DNA of 64,000 nt, taken from the NCBI GenBank assembly GCA_964291295.2, contig OZ219754.1, positions 320,001 to 384,000 of the forward strand, in the 5' to 3' direction. Origin of the DNA: an uncultured Candidatus Binatia bacterium. Its GTDB lineage: Bacteria; Desulfobacterota; Binatia; UBA9968; JAJDTQ01. Each line of letters opens with the position of its first letter. The stretch's first letter is position 1. The position numbers were made by a program, and so were the translations under genes. Positions 24,805 through 35,457 of this stretch are shown piece by piece. The notes below the pieces were generated by a model, which worked only from the letters and a program-made list of their open reading frames with translations, did no database searches and was not told where the DNA came from.

Positions 24805-26043
24805 CTAATCTGGCCACCGGGCAGAAACATCATACTCGAATAATTCTCTTTTGGAATTTCTCTTCCGAATCACGCGACACCGGACGTCGTCAAAGCCGAT
24901 GTCTTCAAGCATCGCCACGTACAGCCGCTCCACCGGCAACAAGGTGCCGTAGAACGTCGAATTACCTATGATGTAATGCAATTCACTGCCCTTCTTGACT
25001 ATAGTCAATAAAGAATTGAGATGCCTCCAAATATCATTGAAATACTTGGCCACATATTTCGCAAGTATCATCCCGTTTTTGTTTTCACCATGCGCAATTT
25101 TGTTCAAAGGTTCATCAAGTAGTGGATGCGTAAACGATTCACCCGTCGGCTCCCAATCGATAAGCCTGCTGGTCGCAACGCCCCATGTGCCACCAATCGC
25201 CGACCAGTCCAATTCACCTGCATCGCGTCCGTTGCCCAGAAATCCAAGCCAATACATGTAAGGCCGGAGCTCTCGAATATACGACATTCGATTGACATAT
25301 GGCGGCGACGTAATAATCAAATCGAAAGTATCACCGGCCACCTGCTCCAGGTTTCTGGCATCCCCAAGGATCACTTGACCCAATCCGCTCGGATTATCTT
25401 CGGCGCCATCCAGGACAAATTGCAAGTCGGCACCGAACCTCTGCTCCATATCTCCGCCAAACGGCATGCACAGTTGATCTTCATCCTTGAAGGACATGGA
25501 CTGGTGGTTGAACGCAGCGTTTGAAAGACCCATCAGCGTCCTGCAAAACGCCACCGACAGGAGGTCTCTTTCAGGTGACCGCGGCTCGCTCTCAGCCGCA
25601 ATGCAAGACTTCAGTCTGCATAGAAACACCAACGCCTCCTTACGCCACCATCGATCAATGTTGTGAATAGGCGGCGTTTCGGCTGGATCGACAACACCCG
25701 TCCTGAACGCGCCCATCACTCGTGCATACGCGGAGCGGGTGGATGCCAGATCAGCGCCGGAGTAGTGGGCAACCTTCACCCCACCAAACCATACTAGGAA
25801 CGGGTTGATATCTGTCGTTATACCTTCGTGTCCTTGGCAAGCGGCGCTCAGGGCTGTTGTGGCGGTTCCGCAAAATGGATCCAGTACACGCTTCGGTGGG
25901 TCGTATCGATCTATGATTTCGTCCACTTTCTTGACCGAATATGCGGGCGTTAGCCGCAGCCAGCCATGTCGGCCTGAATTCGTATTGAATCGATGTGTGT
26001 AGTCTGCCCTTTGTCGCGCCTTCTCACCGGCAATGACCGTCAT
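24805..26043 (-). CDS. amino-DNA methyltransferase (probably N4-cytosine)
   Basis: VLDPFCGTATT SAM-binding motif precedes the TSPPY catalytic motif. Confidence 0.85.
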   Translation of the reverse strand: MTVIAGEKARQRADYTHRFNTNSGRHGWLRLTPAYSVKKVDEIIDRYDPPKRVLDPFCGTATTALSAACQGHEGITTDINPFLVWFGGVKVAHYSGADLASTRSAYARVMGAFRTGVVDPAETPPIHNIDRWWRKEALVFLCRLKSCIAAESEPRSPERDLLSVAFCRTLMGLSNAAFNHQSMSFKDEDQLCMPFGGDMEQRFGADLQFVLDGAEDNPSGLGQVILGDARNLEQVAGDTFDLIITSPPYVNRMSYIRELRPYMYWLGFLGNGRDAGELDWSAIGGTWGVATSRLIDWEPTGESFTHPLLDEPLNKIAHGENKNGMILAKYVAKYFNDIWRHLNSLLTIVKKGSELHYIIGNSTFYGTLLPVERLYVAMLEDIGFDDVRCRVIRKRNSKRELFEYDVSARWPD

Positions 26044-26870
26044 ATCGCCTCCGATTCCAGTAGAGAACGCAAGATGGCATCAATTTCCTCTCGAAGCGTG
26101 GAACTGTTACGCTCGAAAAAGGCGGCTAGATCATAGCCAATGACATCTCGCATAAAATCATAGGTGGAGACCAAGGGATCTGTAGTACCGAGAGTGCCAG
26201 TCACGACGGACCACTTTTCCGCTCGATAGCGCATCAGAACGTCATTGTCTATCTGCCCCGATAGAATGACCACACAGGGCAAGTAGCCCTTGGTGTACGC
26301 TGCCACAGCATTGGCGATGTCGGCATTCTGTCTCTTCGAGTCCTTGCTTTTGTAACCCTGTCGAACCTCGAAAATCGCGCCTGACAAGCTTCTGAATACC
26401 CTTTCATCGACATCCAGCATCCTGGCGGACTCGGTCATCCATCCAAGGAAACGGTCTCGCCTTGCCTTGTCCTTGATCTTGTCAAGGGAAACTCGGCCAT
26501 CCAGATGCTGCGTTCGCTTTCGTCCGCCAGGCAATGTTACCTGATACGACCATGTGACATCTTCCCTCGACAGGTCCATGGAGTCGCTGATGACTCTGCG
26601 AAACAGCTTCTCGCATCCGGTTCCTATCTGTCGATATACGCTGGTTATGCCACCTGCAGCTTTGTGAGCTGCGTACACTATCGGGTTGTCGAGCCCAAGC
26701 CAACTGTAGAACGCATCTCCCTGATACAGCTCTCGAAATTGCCCAAGCGTCAACCCGCCATTCTTTGGCCCTCGTCCGAACTTCGGTTGGTACCGGGAAG
26801 AGACTCTGATCGCGTCCAGAACGATCTGTAGATACTCTTCGTCCTTGGCATCCATGGCTTTTATCGTCAC
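26040..26870 (-). CDS. putative type II restriction endonuclease
   Basis: LDG...FEVRQGYKSKDSKRQNAD resembles a PD-(D/E)xK site; 4-bp overlap with the methyltransferase gene. Confidence 0.7.
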   Translation of the reverse strand: MTIKAMDAKDEEYLQIVLDAIRVSSRYQPKFGRGPKNGGLTLGQFRELYQGDAFYSWLGLDNPIVYAAHKAAGGITSVYRQIGTGCEKLFRRVISDSMDLSREDVTWSYQVTLPGGRKRTQHLDGRVSLDKIKDKARRDRFLGWMTESARMLDVDERVFRSLSGAIFEVRQGYKSKDSKRQNADIANAVAAYTKGYLPCVVILSGQIDNDVLMRYRAEKWSVVTGTLGTTDPLVSTYDFMRDVIGYDLAAFFERNSSTLREEIDAILRSLLESEAI

Positions 26871-27430
26871 TTTCAGAATCGCTGGGACAAGCCAGCTGGA
26901 ATGGTCCCGGTTGGCTTGCCGCCCGTGGGTTGCTTCGATATGTCATGTGCTGATGCCCATGACATGGGGGAGTAGCCTTTGGGATTCGTGCCGGACATTA
27001 TCGTGGGTTCAGGGAAAGGCTGGATAACCCTGAGTTCGCTGGGACTGAATCAATGGAATCAACCGGCAGCGCCCGCCCCCCGGCCGCGCCATCGCCTTTT
27101 TCAGACCTTCCCGGGGTGAGGTCGTCGGGCTTGGCCTCGCACCCGCGCAGGCGGGGTATCTCCCTGCCGGCCTGCAATCCGTCAACAGGAACAGACGGAT
27201 CGCCGCGACACAGACCGGTTTTTCATCTTTGCGCAGGCGCGGGATCGCGTTGCGACCACGGCGTGGGCCGGAGACGCCGCCAAATCGTGCGGGCACCGGT
27301 CTTGCCAACTGGCAGGACCGCGCGGTCGCCGTGGATCTGCTTTCATTTGAGCCGCAGCGCCTCGAACTTGCGCGCGCCCATGTAGCGCGCCGCGACAGGA
27401 AGGAGGAGAGGCCGGAACCCCTCCGGCAGG

Positions 27431-27976
27431 TCAGAACCCTTCCATCTGCCGGTCTTCCAGCTCCTCCTTGCCCTTGTCGTCGATGGAGTAGACGCCGTCT
27501 TCGGCGGAGATCAGCTCGGGGTCGTAGTAGAGTCTGGACAGTTCAAGGCCGTCTTCGTATTCGACCATGCGGATGGCGTCCCAGGGGCAGATCTTCTTGT
27601 CGAGGCGGTCTTCGGAATCGGTGCCAATGAGCTGGAGGTCGCTCTTCCTGGGCTCCTGCTCCTTATCCAGAGGCTTCCTGTCGCTGTTGTAGAATCGGTT
27701 GCCGTACTCGAAAAAAATCTCGCCGGTGTTCTTGTGCTCGTGGATCTTGGTGAGGTCGTCGCTGTAGCACATCTGGCAGCCGATGCACTTCTCGTTGTCC
27801 ACCCAGACCCGGTAGGGTTTGAGACCGCCCGCGGGCATCTCCTCGTAGAGCAGGTTGATGCAGTCGTCCACCGGGCAGTGCACCTCGCACAGCGGCGACC
27901 CCGCGCAACTCGTGCAGTTCTCGTTCATCACGGCCAGCAGCGCCGTGCCCTTTCTCTTCCTGGCAGCTTCAGCCAT
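27431..27976 (-). CDS. 4Fe-4S ferredoxin-like protein
   Basis: CTSCAGSPLCEVHCP, then CIGCQMC and a distant ICPW. Confidence 0.8.
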   Translation of the reverse strand: MAEAARKRKGTALLAVMNENCTSCAGSPLCEVHCPVDDCINLLYEEMPAGGLKPYRVWVDNEKCIGCQMCYSDDLTKIHEHKNTGEIFFEYGNRFYNSDRKPLDKEQEPRKSDLQLIGTDSEDRLDKKICPWDAIRMVEYEDGLELSRLYYDPELISAEDGVYSIDDKGKEELEDRQMEGF

Positions 27977-28790
27977 CGGCCGTCACCCTTGTCCTCGCCT
28001 TGTACCGGAACCAGAAGAACAGGCCCAGCGCCAACAACAGGAACACCCAGTAGTACCGTACCACACCGACCGTGGCCCATTCGAGCCAATAGACGAAATT
28101 CGGCGACTGGCGGCTCAGGCGCGCCAAGGCGGCCTGGGCCCCTGAATAGTCGCGCAGTTCCTTGCGCACCCGGGCCAGGCCGTAAAGCGCCCCCTCGTCC
28201 TCGGGCCGTACCGCCAGGGTCTTCTCGAAGTCGGCCCCGGCCGCCTGCCAGTTGCCCTGCTCCACATGGGCCCAGCCCCGGTTGCTGGCGGCCTTGGCGA
28301 AGTCCGGATCGAGTTCCATGGCGCGGGAGAAGCTGCGGATGGCGGACTCCAGATCGCCCTTCCGCTTCAGCGCCACGCCGAGGTTGTTGTGAACCTCGGG
28401 AACCTCGGGCTTGAGCGCCGTCACCTTCCGGTACGACGCCACCGCCGTGTCGACATCGCCCGTGACCTCCAGATCAAGCCAGCCCAGCAGCGTCAGCGCC
28501 TCGGCGTCGTCCGGGGCCAGCGACACGGCCCTTTTCACATGGGCCAGGGCCGCCTCCGTATCGCCCCGCCGCAGCGCCGCCAGCGCCGCCACCTGCCGGA
28601 GTTGCGGCTCATCGGGATATCGCTCCAGCAGCTTGTCGAACTTCTCCGAGGCATCCCGGGCCTTGCCCGCGGCCAAGTCCTTTCGGCCGGCGCGCCACAG
28701 ATCCTCATCGAGCAGCGCGGCCGGCGTCTCGCCGAAAACGCCCAGGACCGCAGCCAATACCACCAGAAACCGCACCACCCTCACTTCCAC
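27969..28790 (-). CDS. TPR-repeat protein with signal peptide and C-terminal membrane anchor
   Basis: Hydrophobic N-terminus, TPR motifs (HNNLGVAL, SNRGWA, LYGLA), C-terminal hydrophobic helix. Confidence 0.8.
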   Translation of the reverse strand: MEVRVVRFLVVLAAVLGVFGETPAALLDEDLWRAGRKDLAAGKARDASEKFDKLLERYPDEPQLRQVAALAALRRGDTEAALAHVKRAVSLAPDDAEALTLLGWLDLEVTGDVDTAVASYRKVTALKPEVPEVHNNLGVALKRKGDLESAIRSFSRAMELDPDFAKAASNRGWAHVEQGNWQAAGADFEKTLAVRPEDEGALYGLARVRKELRDYSGAQAALARLSRQSPNFVYWLEWATVGVVRYYWVFLLLALGLFFWFRYKARTRVTADG

Positions 28791-28966
28791 ATCTGGTCAG
28801 GGATCTCGTCCTCCCGGCCCTCATCGATCAGCCTGTCGTTTCTGATGGCTTGCCGCAGGCCGACCCAGGTAAAGAACAAAACGAGAATCAGCATGCCCAC
28901 GATGGGAATGTTGTCGGGTTTGGTTACGATCTCCATGAAGTAGTACAAGCCGGACTGTTCTTCCAT
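28781..28966 (-). CDS. small membrane protein (KPDNIPI motif)
   Basis: One TM helix; overlaps the TPR gene start; GGGG-rich RBS-like sequence upstream. Confidence 0.7.
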   Translation of the reverse strand: MEEQSGLYYFMEIVTKPDNIPIVGMLILVLFFTWVGLRQAIRNDRLIDEGREDEIPDQMWK

Positions 28967-29347
28967 GCGAATCGACCCCTCTGGCGAATCAAAACCCTGC
29001 AGGCCGGCCTCCCGCAGATCCCCACTCCGATGGGGGTCGGGACAGGATGCACAGGCCCGGAGAGGTCTTGAGGCACGAGTTCTTGAGGCACGAATAACGA
29101 TTATTGAAGTAACGGTTATTGGATATTCATGGGCTTGTCAATGAACGGCCTGAACAGCGAAAACCCCGTTCGAGTTCCAAGGGTGGCGCGGGCGGCGGGA
29201 ACCGGGCCTTCAGGCAGCCTGCGCCGATGGGACACGGTCGGGTGGTTCGGGTGCGCTGATGGGGCATCGGCGGAGCGGCGATGGCGGGCAGGCCATCCGG
29301 TGTCCGCTCTCGTGTTACCACGACCGCCGGGACAGTCTGTCGGGGGG

Positions 29348-31119
29348 CAGGGAAAATTTTTAGTCGAGCCGCGGGCTTTGTGTGAGTGATGTCGGTCTGG
29401 CTGCCGGTGTTTTGGGGAACCCCAGACGTTTCTGGCCGCCGTCGTGGTGGTTTCTTGATGCCGCGGTCCGGTGTTTTCGTCCTCGACGGGCGCAGTTGTT
29501 TTGCCGCGCCGTTCTTCGGCCCGAGCCTGTGGGGCGGTGGGGGGTGCGGTATCAGCCGATGGGCGCGATCATAATCGCGTCGAGGGCCTCTTGGGCGCGG
29601 GCGGCGTAGTGCCGGTTCGCCTCGGGTACATATCGGAAGCGCCCGTCGCAGCGCACGATAGCGATGGCCGCGTTGCTCAAGCAGGCCAGATTTCCGGGCA
29701 GGTGGCGCACATGTGCCCGGCAACGGTCTTCGTCATGGGTGAAGTCACGCACATAGTACACACGGTTCTCGATGTGCCAGTGGTTGCGCACCAGATCGAG
29801 AAGCTCCTTGGGGCCGGCTCGCTCTGCGCCAAGCGTCGTCAGGCTCCAGGTGACCTCGATGCTGCGCTTGCCGGTTCTGAGCATCTTGCCATCGCGTTCC
29901 ATGCGCATTGCCTGGCGGCGCCCGTGAAGGTGGGCGTAGCCGTCCCACTCGGCAGCGCAGAGGTCGACGACGGCACCGCGTCGGCGCTCAATGCGACCAT
30001 GGCGCTTGTCGACGGTTTCGTGCCAGGGCGCATCGCTGAAGTCGATCGCCTTGAGGTCTTCGAGGATGGTCTGCGGGTTGCCCTTCACCGCGCTGACCAC
30101 GTAGTCGGCACGGCGTTCGAGCAGACAACGCGCGGTCTCGTGCTGGGCGTGCATCGCATCGATGGTGACGATCCGGCCTGTGAGGTCGAGACCGATGGAG
30201 AGTGCGCGCACGGCCGGGAGCCGGTGTCATGCGCCACCGCAGCGACCATCCTCCTGCGCCGGTCTTCGGTCTGCTTCGAGGCGCCGCGCAAATCCTTTCC
30301 GTCCATGGCCACAGGCGCGTGCGCACTGCTGTGCTGTCCGGCCCACTGGCCGATGGCATTGTCCAGGGTCTGTGGCCGCAGAGCGGCGAGAATGTTGTGG
30401 AAGGTGGTGACCGCCGGCGGCGTGTAGCACTGCCTGGATGGGCTCCAGAAGGCGCCCACCGCCTTCAGTTGCTTCGGGGAGAGCAGGGCGGCGAACTGGG
30501 CGAAGGCGTTCACACCCCGGTATCCGGCAAGCCGGGCGGCAACGGCCAGCGTCAGAATGGTGGTGAGCGCATAGCGCTTGCCCCGGGCATGGCGGTATTC
30601 GGGCACCTCGCCCAAACACTCGAACAGGCTGCGCAGCCGGGGCGCCGCCCGCAGGTCCTGCGACAGCCGCCGCACGCTCAGCCCCAGCACCCGCGAGGCA
30701 AGGTTGGGAACTCGCTCAGGCGTCAGGATGACAAAGCGCGAGTTGTTGGCGACCAGATGCAGGCGACGGAACTGCTGCTCCGCCGACCACCCGATCCAGC
30801 GGTCCCGCGCTCCCACCTTGAACGCTCCAGGCTGCCAGCCAACCAGGGCAAGCCAGGCCTCGCCATGAACCGCGACATGGCGCAGACCCTTGCCCATGAT
30901 GCCGTGGAACCGCAGATAGTGGTGCGCCGCTACCAAATCGTCCCAGCGCCGGTGCTCCCGTGCCCCCCAGGTCGGGCGCACCGTGACCGCGCGAAGATCA
31001 ACCCAAACACCCGCAAACAGAAACCTCGCCATGACCGGCACACTGCCATATCAAGAAAGAAATGGTCACCCCGGACTTCACCTCAACCTGTCCCACAGGC
31101 AGACAATTAATTCGCCCTG
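29348..31119 (-). mobile_element. ISAs1-family element, copy 1 (frameshifted transposase)
   Basis: CAGGG termini; DGKDLRG, TIDAMH and HWHIEN ISAs1 motifs split over two frames (30085-31041, 29552-30211). Confidence 0.88.
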
Positions 31120-31594
31120 GAGGGTGACGTGACCACACCAGATCACCTTTGTTCCCGGGGATGGTCCTCGGGTGCGATGGATATGACCGCCGATCCGCGC
31201 CAGGGTCAGCACGGCGGTGGCCAGGGTATCGGGAGGGGCGTAGCGCTGTCGTGCGGCGAAGGCCTTCAGCGCCTTGATTTCGAGTTCGGAGAACAGGATG
31301 TCGGGTGACAACGTCCGGATGATCGCGTCCGAGCAGTGTCATCAGGTGAATGCGCCATGCGATGACAAGGTTGATGGCCACGACCCGGGCGAAGCGATCG
31401 GTCGAGCGGTTTTCGAGTTCCTCGACCTTGCAACCGGACTTCAGGGTCCGGTGCCAGTCCTCGATCCGCCAGCGCCGGGCGTAGTACCCGACCACGGTCC
31501 CGCGGCCCTCCAAGGTGTCGGTCGGAAGGGTGGTGAACAGCAGCCAGCGGATCGGGACGGCATCGCCGGGCGCACGCGCCTCCTCGACCATCAC
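31120..31594 (-). pseudogene. IS4-family (Tn5/IS50-like) transposase C-terminal remnant
   Basis: IRWLLFTT..YARRWRIEDWHRTLKSGCKVEE; frameshifted, and cut by the ISAs1 end. Confidence 0.8.
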
Positions 31595-31773
31595 CGCCAG
31601 ATTCTTGCACGGTCAGCCTCTCCGTGGTATGGACTGCCGGATATGAAATGGAACGAAGGCTTGACGCTTGCTGAATGCCAGATGATGTTGCCGGAGGGAA
31701 GTTCCGTGGCATCGTACCAAGGCCGCTTCTGAAGGCGGGAGGAGAATTCGAGAATGAAAAGGAGAAGATACTG

Positions 31774-33564
31774 ATGTACACGATGATGCACAGGAATGTG
31801 GCGGCGATCTTCGGTGCGGTGGTGCTGGCCGTCGGGCTTGCGGCATGCGGCGGCAGCAGCAACAACCGGACCCCGGAGACTACTACCCCCCCCCCCCCCC
31901 CCCCACTGACGGAAGTTGAGACGATCCTGAAGGAGACCCGGACCGCGGCCATGACCGCGTCCGACAAGGCCATGACCGCGTCCGACAACGCCGGGACGTC
32001 GGCCGATGAGGCGGAAACGGCGACCATGGGTCTAATGTTCCACCATACTCCCAAAGGCACCATGACGGCGAAGACCTACGCGGAGGAGGCCCGGACCGCG
32101 GCCAACATGGCCAAGGCCCAGTACGACAAGGCCAAGATGGAGTCGGACAAGGCCGCGGCCACGAGCGACGTGCGTGCGGCCACCAAGGCCAAAGTCGCAG
32201 CCGAGGCCGCTCAGGCGAAGGCCGAGGCTCAGGCGGCAACAGCCGCCGAAAAGGCGAAGATGGCCACGGATGCCGCGACCAGGGAGGTCCGGCATGTCGA
32301 GGGAATGACCTACGAGTACGGCGGCACGCGCATCACCGCGGATGCCCCCAAGGTCACGGTCAAGACCGGGGGCAAGACCGTCACGAGCGGCAAGGCCGGC
32401 GACCTCGATGAGGCGTCAAGGCTTTACTCAAAGGAACCCGTCGCCTACGTGGCGGCAGCCGAGAATACGCCGGAGGTGGCTGCCCGGACGGGATTCGATG
32501 GACGCCAAATCAAGATCGGTTCCTACACCGACTCGCAGCAGGTCGGTTCCAGCATCGACTCGGAGCAGTTCCGTTTCTGGCTGATAGACAAATATGTCAC
32601 CAACACCAAGGCGGTGAAGGCTTACCGCAAGGACAGCGGCACTAACGGTGCCGAGTTCACGGCCCCGGTCACGGCAGAAAACCCGTTCGGCTCGCGCACC
32701 GTTGACAGCAAGACCTACAAGATCATGCGGGCGGAGGGGGAGTTCTATCGTGTCAGCACCGAGGCGTCGGCGAAATTCGACAAGACGAATGCCAATGACC
32801 GGATCAGTAAGGATTACAAGGACGCGAATGCGGGCGTGGGGGTCTACTACTACACGGATAGCAGCGGGAAAAAGGTCTATCTTCTGAGCACCGGAGCCGA
32901 GGGTGCCACGGGACTCAAGTACCGTCCGTTGCTCGTCTACGATGTGCCGGATTTCCCGGAGGCGAACCCCTACGAGCACATGAACTTCGGCATGTGGAAC
33001 AGGAAGTCAAACAGAACCGACCTTGGCATCGCATTCGTCCGGGTGCTGCCCGGCAAGGGTCCGACCCCGACCGCCAACATGCCAAGTTTCGGCACCGCCA
33101 CTTACAGGGGCGATGCAGTATGGCAAGCCCGCCGCCAGGACGCTCAAGGTAAAGGAAGCATAGGCGGTTTTGACGGAACCTCAACCACAACGGTGGATTT
33201 CGGGGAAAGCACCATCAAGACCGAGCTTCTCTGGGTGGCTTCCTGGTTTGCTGGCGCAAGGGCCCACGGATATCAGATCCCTATCGCCACACTCCACGGC
33301 ACCATCGACGGCAACCGGTTCTCGGGCAGTAAAGTGACCAAGGTCAACAACGAAACCGCCGGTTTCGATGTACATACCGCCGCCGCACTTCGTAACATTA
33401 TAGGCATGGCCATGAGCGACGACGGCAGCCTGTATGAGGTAAGGGAGTACAGCGGCCATTTCTTCGGACCGAACGGCGAAGAGGTGGGCGGCGTGTTCGA
33501 CGTCACATCCAAGGACAAGAAGAGCGGCGAGTTGCGCGGCTCCTTCGGCGGCCGCAGGGAGTAA
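31774..33564 (+). CDS. surface lipoprotein with TbpB/Slam-substrate-like C-terminal barrel
   Basis: AAGGAG RBS, lipobox LAAC-GG, poly-Pro linker, Ala-rich coiled region, C-terminal GHFFGPNGEEVGGVF...GSFGG. Confidence 0.8.
   Translation: MYTMMHRNVAAIFGAVVLAVGLAACGGSSNNRTPETTTPPPPPPLTEVETILKETRTAAMTASDKAMTASDNAGTSADEAETATMGLMFHHTPKGTMTAKTYAEEARTAANMAKAQYDKAKMESDKAAATSDVRAATKAKVAAEAAQAKAEAQAATAAEKAKMATDAATREVRHVEGMTYEYGGTRITADAPKVTVKTGGKTVTSGKAGDLDEASRLYSKEPVAYVAAAENTPEVAARTGFDGRQIKIGSYTDSQQVGSSIDSEQFRFWLIDKYVTNTKAVKAYRKDSGTNGAEFTAPVTAENPFGSRTVDSKTYKIMRAEGEFYRVSTEASAKFDKTNANDRISKDYKDANAGVGVYYYTDSSGKKVYLLSTGAEGATGLKYRPLLVYDVPDFPEANPYEHMNFGMWNRKSNRTDLGIAFVRVLPGKGPTPTANMPSFGTATYRGDAVWQARRQDAQGKGSIGGFDGTSTTTVDFGESTIKTELLWVASWFAGARAHGYQIPIATLHGTIDGNRFSGSKVTKVNNETAGFDVHTAAALRNIIGMAMSDDGSLYEVREYSGHFFGPNGEEVGGVFDVTSKDKKSGELRGSFGGRRE
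31886..31904 (+). repeat. C19 homopolymer in the 5' coding region
   Basis: 19 consecutive C, currently in frame. Confidence 0.9.
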
Positions 33565-33598
33565 CAGGACGCCGTCATCGGCGGTGGTTCACCGAGCG

Positions 33599-33640
33599 GG
33601 GCGCCCGATCCATCTACGGATCGGGCGCCCTTTTCTTTTC
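33599..33640 (+). terminator. rho-independent terminator
   Basis: GGGCGCCCGATCC-loop-GGATCGGGCGCCC followed by TTTTCTTTT. Confidence 0.88.
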
Positions 33641-33682
33641 TCGAACGCTGACGGGGACTGCGATGCGGGGCGGGGTAACCTC

Positions 33683-35454
33683 CAGGGCGAATTAATTGTC
33701 TGCCTGTGGGACAGGTTGAGGTGAAGTCCGGGGTGACCATTTCTTTCTTGATATGGCAGTGTGCCGGTCATGGCGAGGTTTCTGTTTGCGGGTGTTTGGG
33801 TTGATCTTCGCGCGGTCACGGTGCGCCCGACCTGGGGGGCACGGGAGCACCGGCGCTGGGACGATTTGGTAGCGGCGCACCACTATCTGCGGTTCCACGG
33901 CATCATGGGCAAGGGTCTGCGCCATGTCGCGGTTCATGGCGAGGCCTGGCTTGCCCTGGTTGGCTGGCAGCCTGGAGCGTTCAAGGTGGGAGCGCGGGAC
34001 CGCTGGATCGGGTGGTCGGCGGAGCAGCAGTTCCGTCGCCTGCATCTGGTCGCCAACAACTCGCGCTTTGTCATCCTGACGCCTGAGCGAGTTCCCAACC
34101 TTGCCTCGCGGGTGCTGGGGCTGAGCGTGCGGCGGCTGTCGCAGGACCTGCGGGCGGCGCCCCGGCTGCGCAGCCTGTTCGAGTGTTTGGGCGAGGTGCC
34201 CGAATACCGCCATGCCCGGGGCAAGCGCTATGCGCTCACCACCATTCTGACGCTGGCCGTTGCCGCCCGGCTTGCCGGATACCGGGGTGTGAACGCCTTC
34301 GCCCAGTTCGCCGCCCTGCTCTCCCCGAAGCAACTGAAGGCGGTGGGCGCCTTCTGGAGCCCATCCAGGCAGTGCTACACGCCGCCGGCGGTCACCACCT
34401 TCCACAACATTCTCGCCGCTCTGCGGCCACAGACCCTGGACAATGCCATCGGCCAGTGGGCCGGACAGCACAGCAGTGCGCACGCGCCTGTGGCCATGGA
34501 CGGAAAGGATTTGCGCGGCGCCTCGAAGCAGACCGAAGACCGGCGCAGGAGGATGGTCGCTGCGGTGGCGCATGACACCGGCTCCCGGCCGTGCGCGCAC
34601 TCTCCATCGGTCTCGACCTCACAGGCCGGATCGTCACCATCGATGCGATGCACGCCCAGCACGAGACCGCGCGTTGTCTGCTCGAACGCCGTGCCGACTA
34701 CGTGGTCAGCGCGGTGAAGGGCAACCCGCAGACCATCCTCGAAGACCTCAAGGCGATCGACTTCAGCGATGCGCCCTGGCACGAAACCGTCGACAAGCGC
34801 CATGGTCGCATTGAGCGCCGACGCGGTGCCGTCGTCGACCTCTGCGCTGCCGAGTGGGACGGCTACGCCCACCTTCACGGGCGCCGCCAGGCAATGCGCA
34901 TGGAACGCGATGGCAAGATGCTCAGAACCGGCAAGCGCAGCATCGAGGTCACCTGGAGCCTGACGACGCTTGGCGCAGAGCGAGCCGGCCCCAAGGAGCT
35001 TCTCGATCTGGTGCGCAACCACTGGCACATCGAGAACCGTGTGTACTATGTGCGTGACTTCACCCATGACGAAGACCGTTGCCGGGCACATGTGCGCCAC
35101 CTGCCCGGAAATCTGGCCTGCTTGAGCAACGCGGCCATCGCTATCGTGCGCTGCGACGGGCGCTTCCGATATGTACCCGAGGCGAACCGGCACTACGCCG
35201 CCCGCGCCCAAGAGGCCCTCGACGCGATTATGATCGCGCCCATCGGCTGATACCGCACCCCCCACCGCCCCACAGGCTCGGGCCGAAGAACGGCGCGGCA
35301 AAACAACTGCGCCCGTCGAGGACGAAAACACCGGACCGCGGCATCAAGAAACCACCACGACGGCGGCCAGAAACGTCTGGGGTTCCCCAAAACACCGGCA
35401 GCCAGACCGACATCACTCACACAAAGCCCGCGGCTCGACTAAAAATTTTCCCTG
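33683..35454 (+). mobile_element. ISAs1-family element, copy 2 (frameshifted transposase)
   Basis: Reverse complement of 29348-31119; ORFs 33761-34717 and 34591-35250 give the same translations as copy 1. Confidence 0.88.
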
Positions 35455-35457
35455 GTC

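Larger units (their letters stand above)
29348..35454. mobile_element. composite transposon (two inverted ISAs1 copies plus cargo)
   Basis: Inverted duplicates with mirrored ORF sets (coordinates sum to 64802); GTCGGGGGG at 29339-29347 and 35455-35463. Confidence 0.75.

Noticed and set aside
26040-26870. Naming the restriction enzyme or its recognition site
   Set aside because: This cannot be supported without a REBASE comparison.
27230-27385. Short minus-strand ORF ending in TGA as another selenoprotein candidate
   Set aside because: No Cys-motif context, recognisable family or convincing SECIS.
29120-29340. Possible additional IS end left of the composite transposon
   Set aside because: No matching inverted repeat or transposase fragment was found.
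34560-34620. Programmed frameshift in the ISAs1 transposase
   Set aside because: No slippery heptamer is visible, and conserved residues appear to be missing, which fits a deletion better.
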